A stretch of DNA of 35,164 bases from Licmophora abbreviata (GCA_900291995.1 OLMU01004942.1:1-35164), one strand, 5' to 3'. Counted from the stretch's first letter, positions 10,401 through 19,690 are shown. The notes: generated from the sequence alone by a model not told the origin. Translations and numbers: made by a program.

Positions 10401-10811
10401 CATCTCCTCTGGACGATGATCTGTGAGTCGTTCTCTGGTACGAGAATTGTGTCGCTGAGTTAGCAGCACCAGGTAAGAAATGGAAGGTTGTCATGGTAAG
10501 AGGCTAAGCGGGATCGTACCGGTATACCGGCGTGGAGTCGGCAGTCATCAAATCATGCCTTTACAAGACTTACCCTGTTTCTGGTCGTCATGTTCAGGAA
10601 AGGCGAATCTGGCTATTCTGGATATGTTGGTTGCTTCATAGAGTTCTGCGAAGACTTCAGGATTCGAGGCATCGGGTGGCTCGATGATTCTCGCTCGCTC
10701 GGCTCCGGCAGACGCTGCCGGGTGCGGGAGGTCGAAAAACAAGTCAAACAGCGGAATCGCGTGTCCCGCCCAGGACTCCTCTGGTTGTCTCGAGCGCCTC
10801 ATACTGCTCAT
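7486..10811 (-). CDS. DENN-domain (Rab GEF-like) protein with C-terminal ENTH-like domain and basic low-complexity tail, 4 exons
   Basis: Exons 10811-10574, 10454-10169, 10073-8297, 8211-7486, all GT-AG with consistent phase. uDENN (IARFAFP; HTFSLQLSDN..LNGHVLRY), cDENN (LISALLCERRVILVS..WQNIFIPVLPPHLLKYLIAGSPYLIG), dDENN-like region, ENTH-like (MAVVWSRFDD..RHKLLGLHLLKNLVLHGP..EEIRESAKQILDVV). Confidence 0.82.
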
Positions 10812-11035
10812 TATTGGTGCCACAGCTGACACGGTGATGGGTAAAAGGCAGTTCAGAGCGCAGTCTTCGTTCGACGCTCATTGACGAGCGAATGAGTGAA
10901 AGTGTGATCGTCTCTCAGATTTATAAGCAATGTCACGACCGATGCGACATCTAGAGAGTAAAACACCCAACGGACTTTTATGCTCGAATGTCTTTAAGTG
11001 CGGATACCCGAGTGATATTTCTCTCTCATCACTCA

Positions 11036-11051
11036 TTTGGAATTTGGAATG
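11036..11051. promoter_or_regulatory. Recurrent TTTGGAATTTGG(AATG) motif in the divergent DENN/SPDS promoter
   Basis: Same motif at 5959-5970 and, reverse-complemented, at 28733-28745 and 28827-28837; all lie between head-to-head genes. Confidence 0.45.
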
Positions 11052-11299
11052 TGAAATTTGAAACTTGTATGTTCACATCTCATGTTGTTCGGAACAACCT
11101 CCTGTCATTCACTCTTAACTCTGAAGTAATGCTATCGGGGACGAACGTGTAAATCACCTTCGAACCTTGTTGCGGTGCTGTAGACAGCTTGAATGGAGAC
11201 TTGAGTAGGAGGCTGCGTAGTGAGTCTCTGTGGCAAGCGTAGATATCGGCGATACGGACGAAACACCGTGAAACTTCCGTCGCGTCACGCTTTGAGCCC

Positions 11300-12474
11300 A
11301 TGACCATGACGACACGGCTGCGCTCTTCCCTCTTGCTGGGTTTTCTACTTCCCGCCGTGCTCTCTGCAAAGATCCTGGGAGAACGCGAAGAGGAAATCAA
11401 GTTCTTTCAGGGCCTGGAGGTGACGGATGACTCACCCATCTTTCAGACACAATCAATGTACCAATCGATTGAGGTCCATGTTTCCAAGTATTACGGGAAG
11501 ATTCTAGTATTGGACGATGTCATTCAGTTGACAGAACGAGACGCGGACTCTTATAATGAAATGATGGCTCATATGCCCATGATGCAACACACGCAACCGA
11601 AGAGCGTCTTGGTTATCGGTGGTGGCGATGGATATGTCCTCAGCGAAATATTGAAACATACTACTCTCCAGCACGTGGATCATGTAGACTTGGACGAAGA
11701 GGTTGTCAGGACGTGCAAGAAGTATTTTTCATGGGGTGCGGCCTGGGACGACCCTAGGGTCACATTACATGTCATGAATGGTGCCGATTTTGTTAGGAAG
11801 GCCGCCGACGCATCCTACGACGTGATTGTTCAGGATTCCTCTGATCCTTGGTTTACTACTGATGATGGGGACGCGATTCCGCTCCCATCGGAAGCATTGT
11901 ATAGCCGGGAGCACTTTGAAAACATCTATCGAATACTTAAGCCGAACGGCGTGTTCAATCTGCAGGTGAGTGGGTGTGCAGGTGGGAGACAGAATGTGAC
12001 TGCTGGCGACCCGATGATGTGTCTAAACCAAAACATGCTTGCTCGCGTTCCAGGCCGAGACTTTCAATATTCCAACTGATCTCGAGGGTATCGTCACTTG
12101 GAGAAAACAGGCGATCGACGTCGGTTTTAACAAAGCAAGCTATGGATCGATTTACATTTCAACTTACACCACCGGCCAGATTGGGTTTTTACTGTGCGAA
12201 AAGGAGCCGTCCCAAGCGGCGTCACGGACCGAAGTGAACGCGAGGTACAACGCCATGGTCGCCCGTGACCTGGGAACCTCGTATTATCATCCTCCGTTAC
12301 AGAAAAGGTGCTTTTAACGTGTCGTATGCTGCTAACAAGACTCGGATACCAAACTCATCCTATGATTGCGTTTTCTTTTTCTCTAGCTCATTCGATCTGC
12401 CGCTGTGGGTGAAGCGGCGCATATATTATGAAGACGGCATTATGGAGACGACGAGGGCCGTGGACGAACTCTGA
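11300..12474 (+). CDS. SPDS: Spermidine synthase-like aminopropyltransferase with signal peptide and C-terminal VDEL, 3 exons
   Basis: Exons 11300-11965, 12054-12307, 12387-12474. Motifs QSMYQSI, GKILVLDDVIQLTERD..YNEMMAH, VLVIGGGDG, VDLDEEV, DPRV, YDVIVQDSSDP, IYISTYTTGQIGFLLC, YYHPPLQKSSFDLP. Confidence 0.92.
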
Positions 12475-12638
12475 GGCAGCTCGACTGTTGGAGAATCTCG
12501 GCTGAATGTTGATTGCATTCGATTCGACGAGACTCACGAACTTTGAAAGCTATCTCCGCCAAGGAGTTGGGCGCCATTTTTCAGCGTTGGCTGTACTGTT
12601 GCTATTAGCCGGCCATAAAATATAGCTATAGAGAAATA

Positions 12639-14162
12639 CTATCGTCGTACGGCGCGGTTAGCACCGAGAGCTGATATTGTGGCGACTGCCAAACAAACGG
12701 TCAGCTCGCCCAGAAACAGCAGACCGCGATTCAATGCGAGTCGCTTGTTGGTACGCTGTTTCCAAAAATACTTCTCTTCCTCTTGAATAAGCTCGGCAAG
12801 GACTTGGTCCTGACGAGTTGATCTCTGAGACGACTGCCATGCTATGCGTCTCTCAACTTCGTTCCGCCAACGGCTCAAGCGCCGGTAGTACGCTTGCTGG
12901 ACAGGCGATCCTTCCGGGAGATGCTTGATGGTGTGGAGAATAGCAACATCAAGGGCATGACAGAAAACGGCGCTATCAACCTCCTTCCCACAAGAAGAAC
13001 AAATATCTGTCATCTCTACGTGTACGTAGTCGAGTCCTGTGGTATCGTCTTCGTCGACAGCTTCCTCCTCGGCAATGCTGCATGTGCTGGCAATCCGGTG
13101 AGTTTCCCAGCATGAAGAACATACAGTAGAATCGGCACAGCCGCAACTCAGAGTCAAGGCACCCACTATAACATCGCTACAAATATCGCAAAGCAGTGAT
13201 CCAGGAAGCCACTCGCTTGCATCGTAAACACTTGTCTCGACTGCCGTAGACGATGCATCTACGGAAGGCGGAGCCGGAGGCAAGGCCGGCAACGCGCGAT
13301 CGACAGTGGGTTCCAGCGCGTGGAGTACCATGTCGGCCTGATTTCGGAATTGCATCCAATCCTGTTCCGTAAAACGTGCGTACCATTCGGTCGGTTCGGT
13401 GCCAGTCCGGCGCAACGGCAAAGCCAAGCGATCGGCGACATTCACAAACGAGACTCGAGTGATCTGTCGTTCATGCCTAGCAATACTAGGATGAGAGTTC
13501 ATTGTACCAAAGGAAGCGCAGGAAGAGATGGATAAATCACACTCTTCCATCGAGCTGCCCATCCAGGTGGAGGGGACAAGGGACAAGAGATAGGTATCGA
13601 TCGATTGATCCTCGGTGGAGGAGGATCCGTCCAGCGAGTACTGGTTCCGAAACACAGACTCGGTGGTCGCAATGGAATGAGTATTCTGAACTTCAAGTTG
13701 CGGATGAGGGGACATCACCCATGCATGATGAGAGTCTGGTGGTGGAGAGACCACGAGCTCGAATTCACCGGAAGGCGCCGACGAGACAATCGTTCCGCTC
13801 AAGCTCTCATCGTGGGCTGTTGATGGCTCAGTGATGCCATCCTCGTCTGCCGCATGATGGTTTCGTTGCCGGTAGATTTCAATCAGAGTTCCAGGGGGAA
13901 AGCCGACGATCGCCTCATGGGGATCAGGTACAGAGTCCATAGAAGCCTCTAAACCAGAAGAATCAAGGCCGCCGCCATGCTCGTTTCGGTGAAGTTGATT
14001 CGTGCTTTGCCGTGTGTCATCGTCGCTGTGCTGTGTCCACGACCAGCCCTGTCCTCTTTCAATCTCGTGTCCGCTGCTCATCTCTGCATCACCAGAAGTA
14101 CTATCCGATAAGGATGGAGGATTGTTTAAGCCATCCAGGAGGCTGAACGGCAGCAGCGACAT
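12639..14162 (-). CDS. Tail-anchored RING-like zinc finger protein with long disordered acidic N-terminus
   Basis: 507-aa ORF; C-x2-C-x11-C-x-C-x5-C-x2-C-x36-C-x2-C pattern, helical region, then C-terminal hydrophobic helix (GLLFLGELTVCLAVATISALGA) followed by NRAVRR. Confidence 0.7.
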   Translation of the reverse strand: MSLLPFSLLDGLNNPPSLSDSTSGDAEMSSGHEIERGQGWSWTQHSDDDTRQSTNQLHRNEHGGGLDSSGLEASMDSVPDPHEAIVGFPPGTLIEIYRQRNHHAADEDGITEPSTAHDESLSGTIVSSAPSGEFELVVSPPPDSHHAWVMSPHPQLEVQNTHSIATTESVFRNQYSLDGSSSTEDQSIDTYLLSLVPSTWMGSSMEECDLSISSCASFGTMNSHPSIARHERQITRVSFVNVADRLALPLRRTGTEPTEWYARFTEQDWMQFRNQADMVLHALEPTVDRALPALPPAPPSVDASSTAVETSVYDASEWLPGSLLCDICSDVIVGALTLSCGCADSTVCSSCWETHRIASTCSIAEEEAVDEDDTTGLDYVHVEMTDICSSCGKEVDSAVFCHALDVAILHTIKHLPEGSPVQQAYYRRLSRWRNEVERRIAWQSSQRSTRQDQVLAELIQEEEKYFWKQRTNKRLALNRGLLFLGELTVCLAVATISALGANRAVRR

Positions 14163-14416
14163 GATGTCGAAAGTGGATCAATAGTCTGGACCTTGCCTCT
14201 ATTGGTTCAATTTTGAGGTCGAAATTCTTACACACACATCATTCATCAACATCATTCAGACTTCGTGCTCTTTGCGAGCTCGCAATGTATATTCAATATC
14301 AGCTCGTCCTTCACGCAAGATTGCAGGCCATTCGTCGTCTACGAGTGCTAGTAGTATCATTAGACCTGGTAGGTATCACATATAAGACTCAACCCAAAGT
14401 AAGCAATACGACTAGA

Positions 14417-15397
14417 CTATGAACTACCTGCAGCCTTTGCGTCCTCTGGCTGACTCTTCGCCTTCTTCTTTTTCTTCTTTCGCTTCTTGATTCCGCGTTC
14501 GTACGCCGTAATGGACAAGTCGGCAATGCGAGACTTTTCTTCGTCTTGTTCTTTTCGGGCGCGCTCTGCCGCTGTCAACCCTGCATCTTCCGACTTGATA
14601 GCGACCCCTGCTACATGGGGAGTCAGAACTAGATCAACCTCGTCGAAGCCGACTTCAAACATTGGGAACGCTTCCTCGCCGTTTTCCTTGCTGGTATCAT
14701 TGTCATCAGAGAACCCTTGTTCATCACAGCCATCCGCCGCGCTCGCCAGCCCCATGACGTAGTCCAGATACGACTCTCCATTCAGCGAGCTTTGCTCGAC
14801 AAACAGGAGACGACCCCCGGGCTTCAACACCCGCGCAGCCTCCCGAATACTCTTCTTCCACTCGAGCCCATTCTCCAGCATGCGAGCTGCTGCTTGCAGA
14901 CTAATAACCACATCGACACTATCGTCGGCGGTCTCCTTGAGATCATCCGCTCGCTGATCAAGAAAGCTGACTTTAGCAGCTTTGCGACGCTCCTGTTGTT
15001 GTTTGAGCTGTCGCTTCACTGCAACCTTGACTTGTCCGTCGACTTCAGCAGACGAAGTGACCAGCTCTCGCACGGTCCTAGGAATGAAAGTGATTGCACG
15101 GCCGTCTTCGCAGCCCAACTGTAAGCAGACGTCCGCGGAACGAGGGGTCTGGTTCGTACAAAGAGCAGCTGATACCCATTCGGTTCGAAGATACGTGACC
15201 AAGTCTAAACCCATGTGAAGTCGTGTCTTGGGCGTATTGTTGGTAGTGCGTGGTTGTGCGGAAAGCAAGTTTGGTGGGCACCATGCAGAGGATGTCGCCG
15301 TCCGAGGTACAAACGCAACACATGATTTCCACGCAAACCCAGCTATCAGCACAAGCCAGCCCGTTGCGAGCGACTGTGCGGACTGTGAAAACTTCAT
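14417..15397 (-). CDS. Plastid-targeted class I SAM-dependent methyltransferase-like protein
   Basis: ATG 15397; signal peptide ending CVA/FVP (ASAFAP-type) + Ser/Thr transit peptide; ADDSVDVVIS..IREAARVLKPGGRLLFVE (Methyltransf_11-like motifs II/III); degenerate motif I LQLGCEDG; Lys-rich C-tail. Confidence 0.78.
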   Translation of the reverse strand: MKFSQSAQSLATGWLVLIAGFAWKSCVAFVPRTATSSAWCPPNLLSAQPRTTNNTPKTRLHMGLDLVTYLRTEWVSAALCTNQTPRSADVCLQLGCEDGRAITFIPRTVRELVTSSAEVDGQVKVAVKRQLKQQQERRKAAKVSFLDQRADDLKETADDSVDVVISLQAAARMLENGLEWKKSIREAARVLKPGGRLLFVEQSSLNGESYLDYVMGLASAADGCDEQGFSDDNDTSKENGEEAFPMFEVGFDEVDLVLTPHVAGVAIKSEDAGLTAAERARKEQDEEKSRIADLSITAYERGIKKRKKKKKKAKSQPEDAKAAGSS

Positions 15398-16159
15398 GGT
15401 GGTACCGAGAACTGGGAATGTTGAAGTGAAACAAGCCTTCTCTGCTGCCCACAAGCTGCGATAGATTGAAGTGTTTGGCTGTTTTTTTTGTTTTTGGTGT
15501 GGCTATGTGCGCGTCCAAGTCATCGCGCAGACAGATGACATCGTTCTCCGTTTGGATCGGGCAGCTGGGAAGAGTTTGTTCCGCCAGACAGACCTTGAGG
15601 TTGAACTTATTCTCGCGATCTTTCTCTCCGCGTGGACGCTGGTACTGATCCTACGTAGCAAGCAGTGGCGTCATTCCATCCTCAAAAATCAAGCGGCCGC
15701 ACTTTGTGAAGGTGTGTTTGTGCGGTGACAATGGTGCTTTTCCGGGACGGTCGTCGCAGCGGTGTTCAGGGAATCGCCTCCAGGGACTTGATGATGGTCT
15801 AGAGGATACATGACGACAGATTGAGACGCGAAATTGTGAAAGAAGAATGGAGGAGGGCGAGCTTGAGGGACATCTCTTCTCCCCTTGCTCGTTTTGGCGG
15901 CGCTGACTGAACCCATTCTTCGGGAAGTTCTTGGTCTGGAAATGATCGGGGGTGCTTAGCAGTCGGCTCCTGGCTATGGGGGGTCGTCGGTCGAGTCTCT
16001 GTCGACGATTTCGTTGCCATGACCTCGCCTCTCCGAGATTCCACGGCCTCGCGCGTACGAGCTCGTACGTTTTCGTACACTGTGCAGAACCTCCGACTCA
16101 CTCTCCTCTTTCTTTGGTTCTTTTCCCCGCAGAAATCACTGCACACTGAATTTTCCAGA

Positions 16160-16809
16160 ATGAAGCTTACTATCTTTGCCACCCTTGCCGCATCGGCTGC
16201 TGCCTTCACGGGTACCCCATTGAAGACTGCCGTAAGTGAACCGAGCAAGCGTTCCTCTGTGTGTTTTTGTCCCGGCATGTTTCTCATGCCTCTTTCCTTT
16301 GACACGTTTCTTCTTCTTTTCTTCAGTTCAAGAGCAAGTCTCAGCTGGATATGAAGGTGCTTCCCTCCAAGCTTCAATTTGTCCCATGCATTTCTATGAA
16401 GGATCTTCCCAAGCCCGGAAGCGCCACCTCTGGCGTCGCCGGCGGCCTTGCTATCTGCATCGCTGTCGACCCCAGCGGATCGGTTTATGCCCTCGGTGAC
16501 AAGTGCCCTCCTGTCAACCAGCCCCTCTCTTTCGGAAAGGTCAATAAGGACGGAACCATTGAGGACCCTGTTCTTGGAACCAAGTTCTCCTTGAAGACTG
16601 GACAGGTTGTTGGAAAGTGGTGCCCATCCGGAATTGGAGCCCTCCTCGGAGGCTTGTTCGAACCGTCGGGGGTTCCTACGTTCCCTGTCAAGAGCGGCGG
16701 AGGATCTATTCAGGTTCAAGTGGATGTCAACGCAAAGGCCAACTTCGAGGCGAACTACTGGAGCGGAGTCTTGGATGCCCAGGGCAAGGCCGACGGCAAG
16801 TACTACTAA
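16160..16809 (+). CDS. Plastid-targeted Rieske-ferredoxin-fold protein lacking most Fe-S ligands, 2 exons
   Basis: Exons 16160-16231 (MKLTIFATLAASAAA/FTGTPLKTA) and 16327-16809; intron GTAAGT..TTCAG. VYALGDKCPPVNQPLSFG..GTIEDPVLGTKFSLKTG..PTFPVK matches the Rieske ferredoxin fold. Confidence 0.85.
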
Positions 16810-17206
16810 ATTATTTTCGATTGACCGTCACCAGTTGATGATAAACGAACCGTCGTCTGGTGGATAGAATACTCTTTCGGAAGTTCTGTAGATTTGATCA
16901 AGGTCGCACGAAGGATGCTATTCGCGTGTGGTGAGGGGCTCAGGAAAAGATTACGTTTTGTTTTTCAATTCAAACTCTAGCTACACAAAGCAAAAGTCAC
17001 TCTTGTATTTATCTCGGACTATCCTAGTTCAGTCTGGCTTCCTGGGTAGCCACATTGCACGCGATAGTCTTGTTTTTCTTCCAATTGTTGTGGGGAGGAG
17101 ACAGGAATCGGCATTTGCGGTGTGTAGACAACGAGAGAGGACAAGATGATGCCGCCGCATGGCCGAGTATTGAAGGTCATCGCCTCCAAAAAGCAAGCGA
17201 AAATTC

Positions 17207-17233
17207 GACTGACTCGACTCGACTCACTCGAGT
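17207..17233. repeat. Short (GACTC)n-type pentamer repeat, intergenic
   Basis: cgactgactcgactcgactcactcgag between the Rieske-like and O-FucT-like genes. Confidence 0.55.
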
Positions 17234-17564
17234 TGATGACCTCCGGTCGGATGCCATCGCGAGCGAGTCGAGCCAAAAAGTCATCCTGTCGTCACCGATC
17301 GAGATGGGGTCAGTCGAAAATCGAAAATGACTTGCTCGGGGCGTGCCGGGAGCAACTGCAGACACGGACCCAATAAATGCTACCAGGCGAGACCCAAGAA
17401 CGAAAATTGGCGCATTCACCGCTTGGACCCACCAGCCACCAGATCAATGCGGCGACTGAACACCGCTACGTACTACCACTGCCAGAGCATAGCGCATCAC
17501 TTGTCCGCCTGCCCATCAGTGTCGTAGCGGTCGACGAGACTTGACTACAACCAAAACTCGTCAG

Positions 17565-18743
17565 ATGTTTTCACAACAGCACTACAAGATTATCATTGCT
17601 ACTGGCTTGCTCATCGCTGCAGCATGGGATTTTCTTCCGACTCTCATTGAGAAACTGCCGACCTTGCCGTCGGTGGTAATACCGAAAGTCCAGACCATGA
17701 CCCAGAACTCTAGTTCCATCAGCAGTTCTGGAACTCTCTTCATTGAAATTGATGCCTGGGCTGAAGGTATGGCCGCTTGGACCGTTACGATGTCAGTAAT
17801 GATTGCTATTGCGCAACGAGTGGGTGGAAAGGTCGTCGAGCCATGTATTCGCAATGGTCGTCTTGGACCTTGCGGCACGACGGGCACTTTTGCGTTTGGG
17901 CAAGTATTTGATGTTTCCTTCGCTCGGCCGTGGTTGGTGAGTCAAGAAGAATTTGATAAGCTTTCACGGTCTCGAGAAATGCCTAAATACTCGATATGCA
18001 TGGCGAAGACCAAGTACGAACACACCTGCAACGATGCGCCCCCAAGCTACGGGCTTAATGAGAGCGCCCCTCTCGAGAACGCCGTAGCGGCTACCAAAAC
18101 GCACCCCCACGGCGCTGTCCTACATATTGTCAATCTGTGGAAATACGGATTTAAGAGAATGACCCTGAACGGTTCTCGGCTTGTGGACTATGGCGGCGCG
18201 GTGGTTACGGGAATAAAGAGCAAGCTGTTGCGATTCAAGAAAGAGCACAGAGACCAGGTGACATGGATGTTACGCGAAATGGGAGTTCGGAATAAATTCA
18301 ATGTTATCCACTGGAGGGCAGAGCTCCACAATATTGACTACCTGGAATGCGCGCGCTACATCTTGAGGACAGCCGATGTCATGGGGTCCGGAAACACAAC
18401 AACAGTGCTATTGTCCAGTCTCAACTTGCAAGAGAATCTTCAATGGGGCGGAGCAAAAGCGATGGCCCAGAACACCACTGCTAGTCGAGCGCTGCAGTTG
18501 CTTCTAGACTCGGGAATGAAAAAGCTGGACTCTGTTACGAGTCAGTTGAATGTCACAGACATGATCCAGACTGTCGTCTGGGATGTGATCCTTGCCATGA
18601 TGGCCGATAGATTCGCGACGTGTAGGCCACATTGTAATTCAGCCTGTCAAAAATGCAGCCATGGTGGTCACTTCAACAAGCTTTTGGTGTCTGTCAGAGG
18701 GGAGCAAATGAACAAGTCAAGCGATGATTGCTGGCCTTCTTGA
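17565..18743 (+). CDS. Type II membrane O-fucosyltransferase-like (GT-B) glycosyltransferase
   Basis: N-terminal TM (IIIATGLLIAAAW), EGM..W..MIAIAQRVGGKVVEP, FGQVFDV, FNVIHWRAE (HxR motif), WDVILAMMADRF; these match POFUT/O-FucT-type motif order. First ATG at 17565; an upstream exon cannot be excluded. Confidence 0.6.
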   Translation: MFSQQHYKIIIATGLLIAAAWDFLPTLIEKLPTLPSVVIPKVQTMTQNSSSISSSGTLFIEIDAWAEGMAAWTVTMSVMIAIAQRVGGKVVEPCIRNGRLGPCGTTGTFAFGQVFDVSFARPWLVSQEEFDKLSRSREMPKYSICMAKTKYEHTCNDAPPSYGLNESAPLENAVAATKTHPHGAVLHIVNLWKYGFKRMTLNGSRLVDYGGAVVTGIKSKLLRFKKEHRDQVTWMLREMGVRNKFNVIHWRAELHNIDYLECARYILRTADVMGSGNTTTVLLSSLNLQENLQWGGAKAMAQNTTASRALQLLLDSGMKKLDSVTSQLNVTDMIQTVVWDVILAMMADRFATCRPHCNSACQKCSHGGHFNKLLVSVRGEQMNKSSDDCWPS

Positions 18744-19069
18744 CTGGATGGTGCCGAGTGACGGGGTGCTCGCTAGGTTGCGTTCTGCATCCCACAAAAA
18801 ATTGTAGGCCCCACTTTTTCCTTTCTGCTTCTTTTGCCTGAATATATAGACCTCGAGAGGCCGTTGTCGATCTATCATCGTCTACTGTAGTCTAGTTAGG
18901 GTATGTATGCCGAATGATAGTACCAGGACCGGGGCTGCAGGCTAGACCTAGAGACTACAGTACGAGGTCTTTTAGTATGATACAGCCGCAGCTCGTGTCA
19001 CAAAGATGAGACGATCGAGAGTGCGATCAGGGGATGACACTCGAGTCTTGTCGACTAGATCTTTAGACC

Positions 19070-19690
19070 ATGGCGGCTATTACGGCCAAGCGAGTCTTCC
19101 TTCTGGCAAGCAATGTTGCCTCGATGAGCGCCTGGGCTCGCGTGTTGCTGATTTTCGCCGCGAGCGGCTGGGAGAAACTTTCGAATGACGAAGAGAGCAT
19201 GTGCTTAGATACTCTCCGATCGGCACTGTTCCTCGCCTTGGCCGTTTCGTCGATGGAGCTTGTGAATTCCGTACTGGGCCTGACGCGCTCCAATCCTCTT
19301 CAAGTGTTGCTACTTACGACCGTACGAGCCGGAACTGAGATTCTGGTCACTCCCCTGATCTCCTGCGGCGCATGGCAGCATCTCTTGACGGCCTTCTTTT
19401 GGGCTCTGGGCGAAACCGTGCGCTTTGGATGTTTTGCGCTTGACGCGGCGTCACAGGAGGCAGGAGTTCATGCTCGGTCCATCCGATATACAGTGGGACC
19501 ACTCGTCTTTCCGCTGGGAGCTTCAGGCGAAATGCTCATGGTACTGCGGGCAGCGATGGAAGGTAGACCCATGCTTTACCTCGCTGCCGCGCTGTGGCCC
19601 GCAGGCTTCTACCCGCTCATGAAGCGAGTACTGGAACAACGACGGAAGCATTTCAAGAAGTTATCGTCAAATGATATGAAACAGGACTAA
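19070..19690 (+). CDS. PTPLA / very-long-chain 3-hydroxyacyl-CoA dehydratase (HACD/PHS1/PAS2)-like membrane protein
   Basis: Multi-TM; MELVNSVLGLTRSNP, WALGETVRF, IRYTVGPLVFPLGASGE, YPLMKRVLEQRRK match PTPLA family motifs. Confidence 0.8.
   Translation: MAAITAKRVFLLASNVASMSAWARVLLIFAASGWEKLSNDEESMCLDTLRSALFLALAVSSMELVNSVLGLTRSNPLQVLLLTTVRAGTEILVTPLISCGAWQHLLTAFFWALGETVRFGCFALDAASQEAGVHARSIRYTVGPLVFPLGASGEMLMVLRAAMEGRPMLYLAAALWPAGFYPLMKRVLEQRRKHFKKLSSNDMKQD

Noticed and set aside
15799..16719. 306-aa antisense ORF over the Rieske-like gene
   Set aside because: Shadow of a codon-biased sense gene; no recognisable motifs.
18880..19070. CTAG/GTAC/TCGA palindrome-rich intergenic stretch (also 86-132, 355-425, 23893-23940) as MITE remnants
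   Set aside because: No terminal inverted repeats, target-site duplications or second copy in the window; looks like general intergenic composition.
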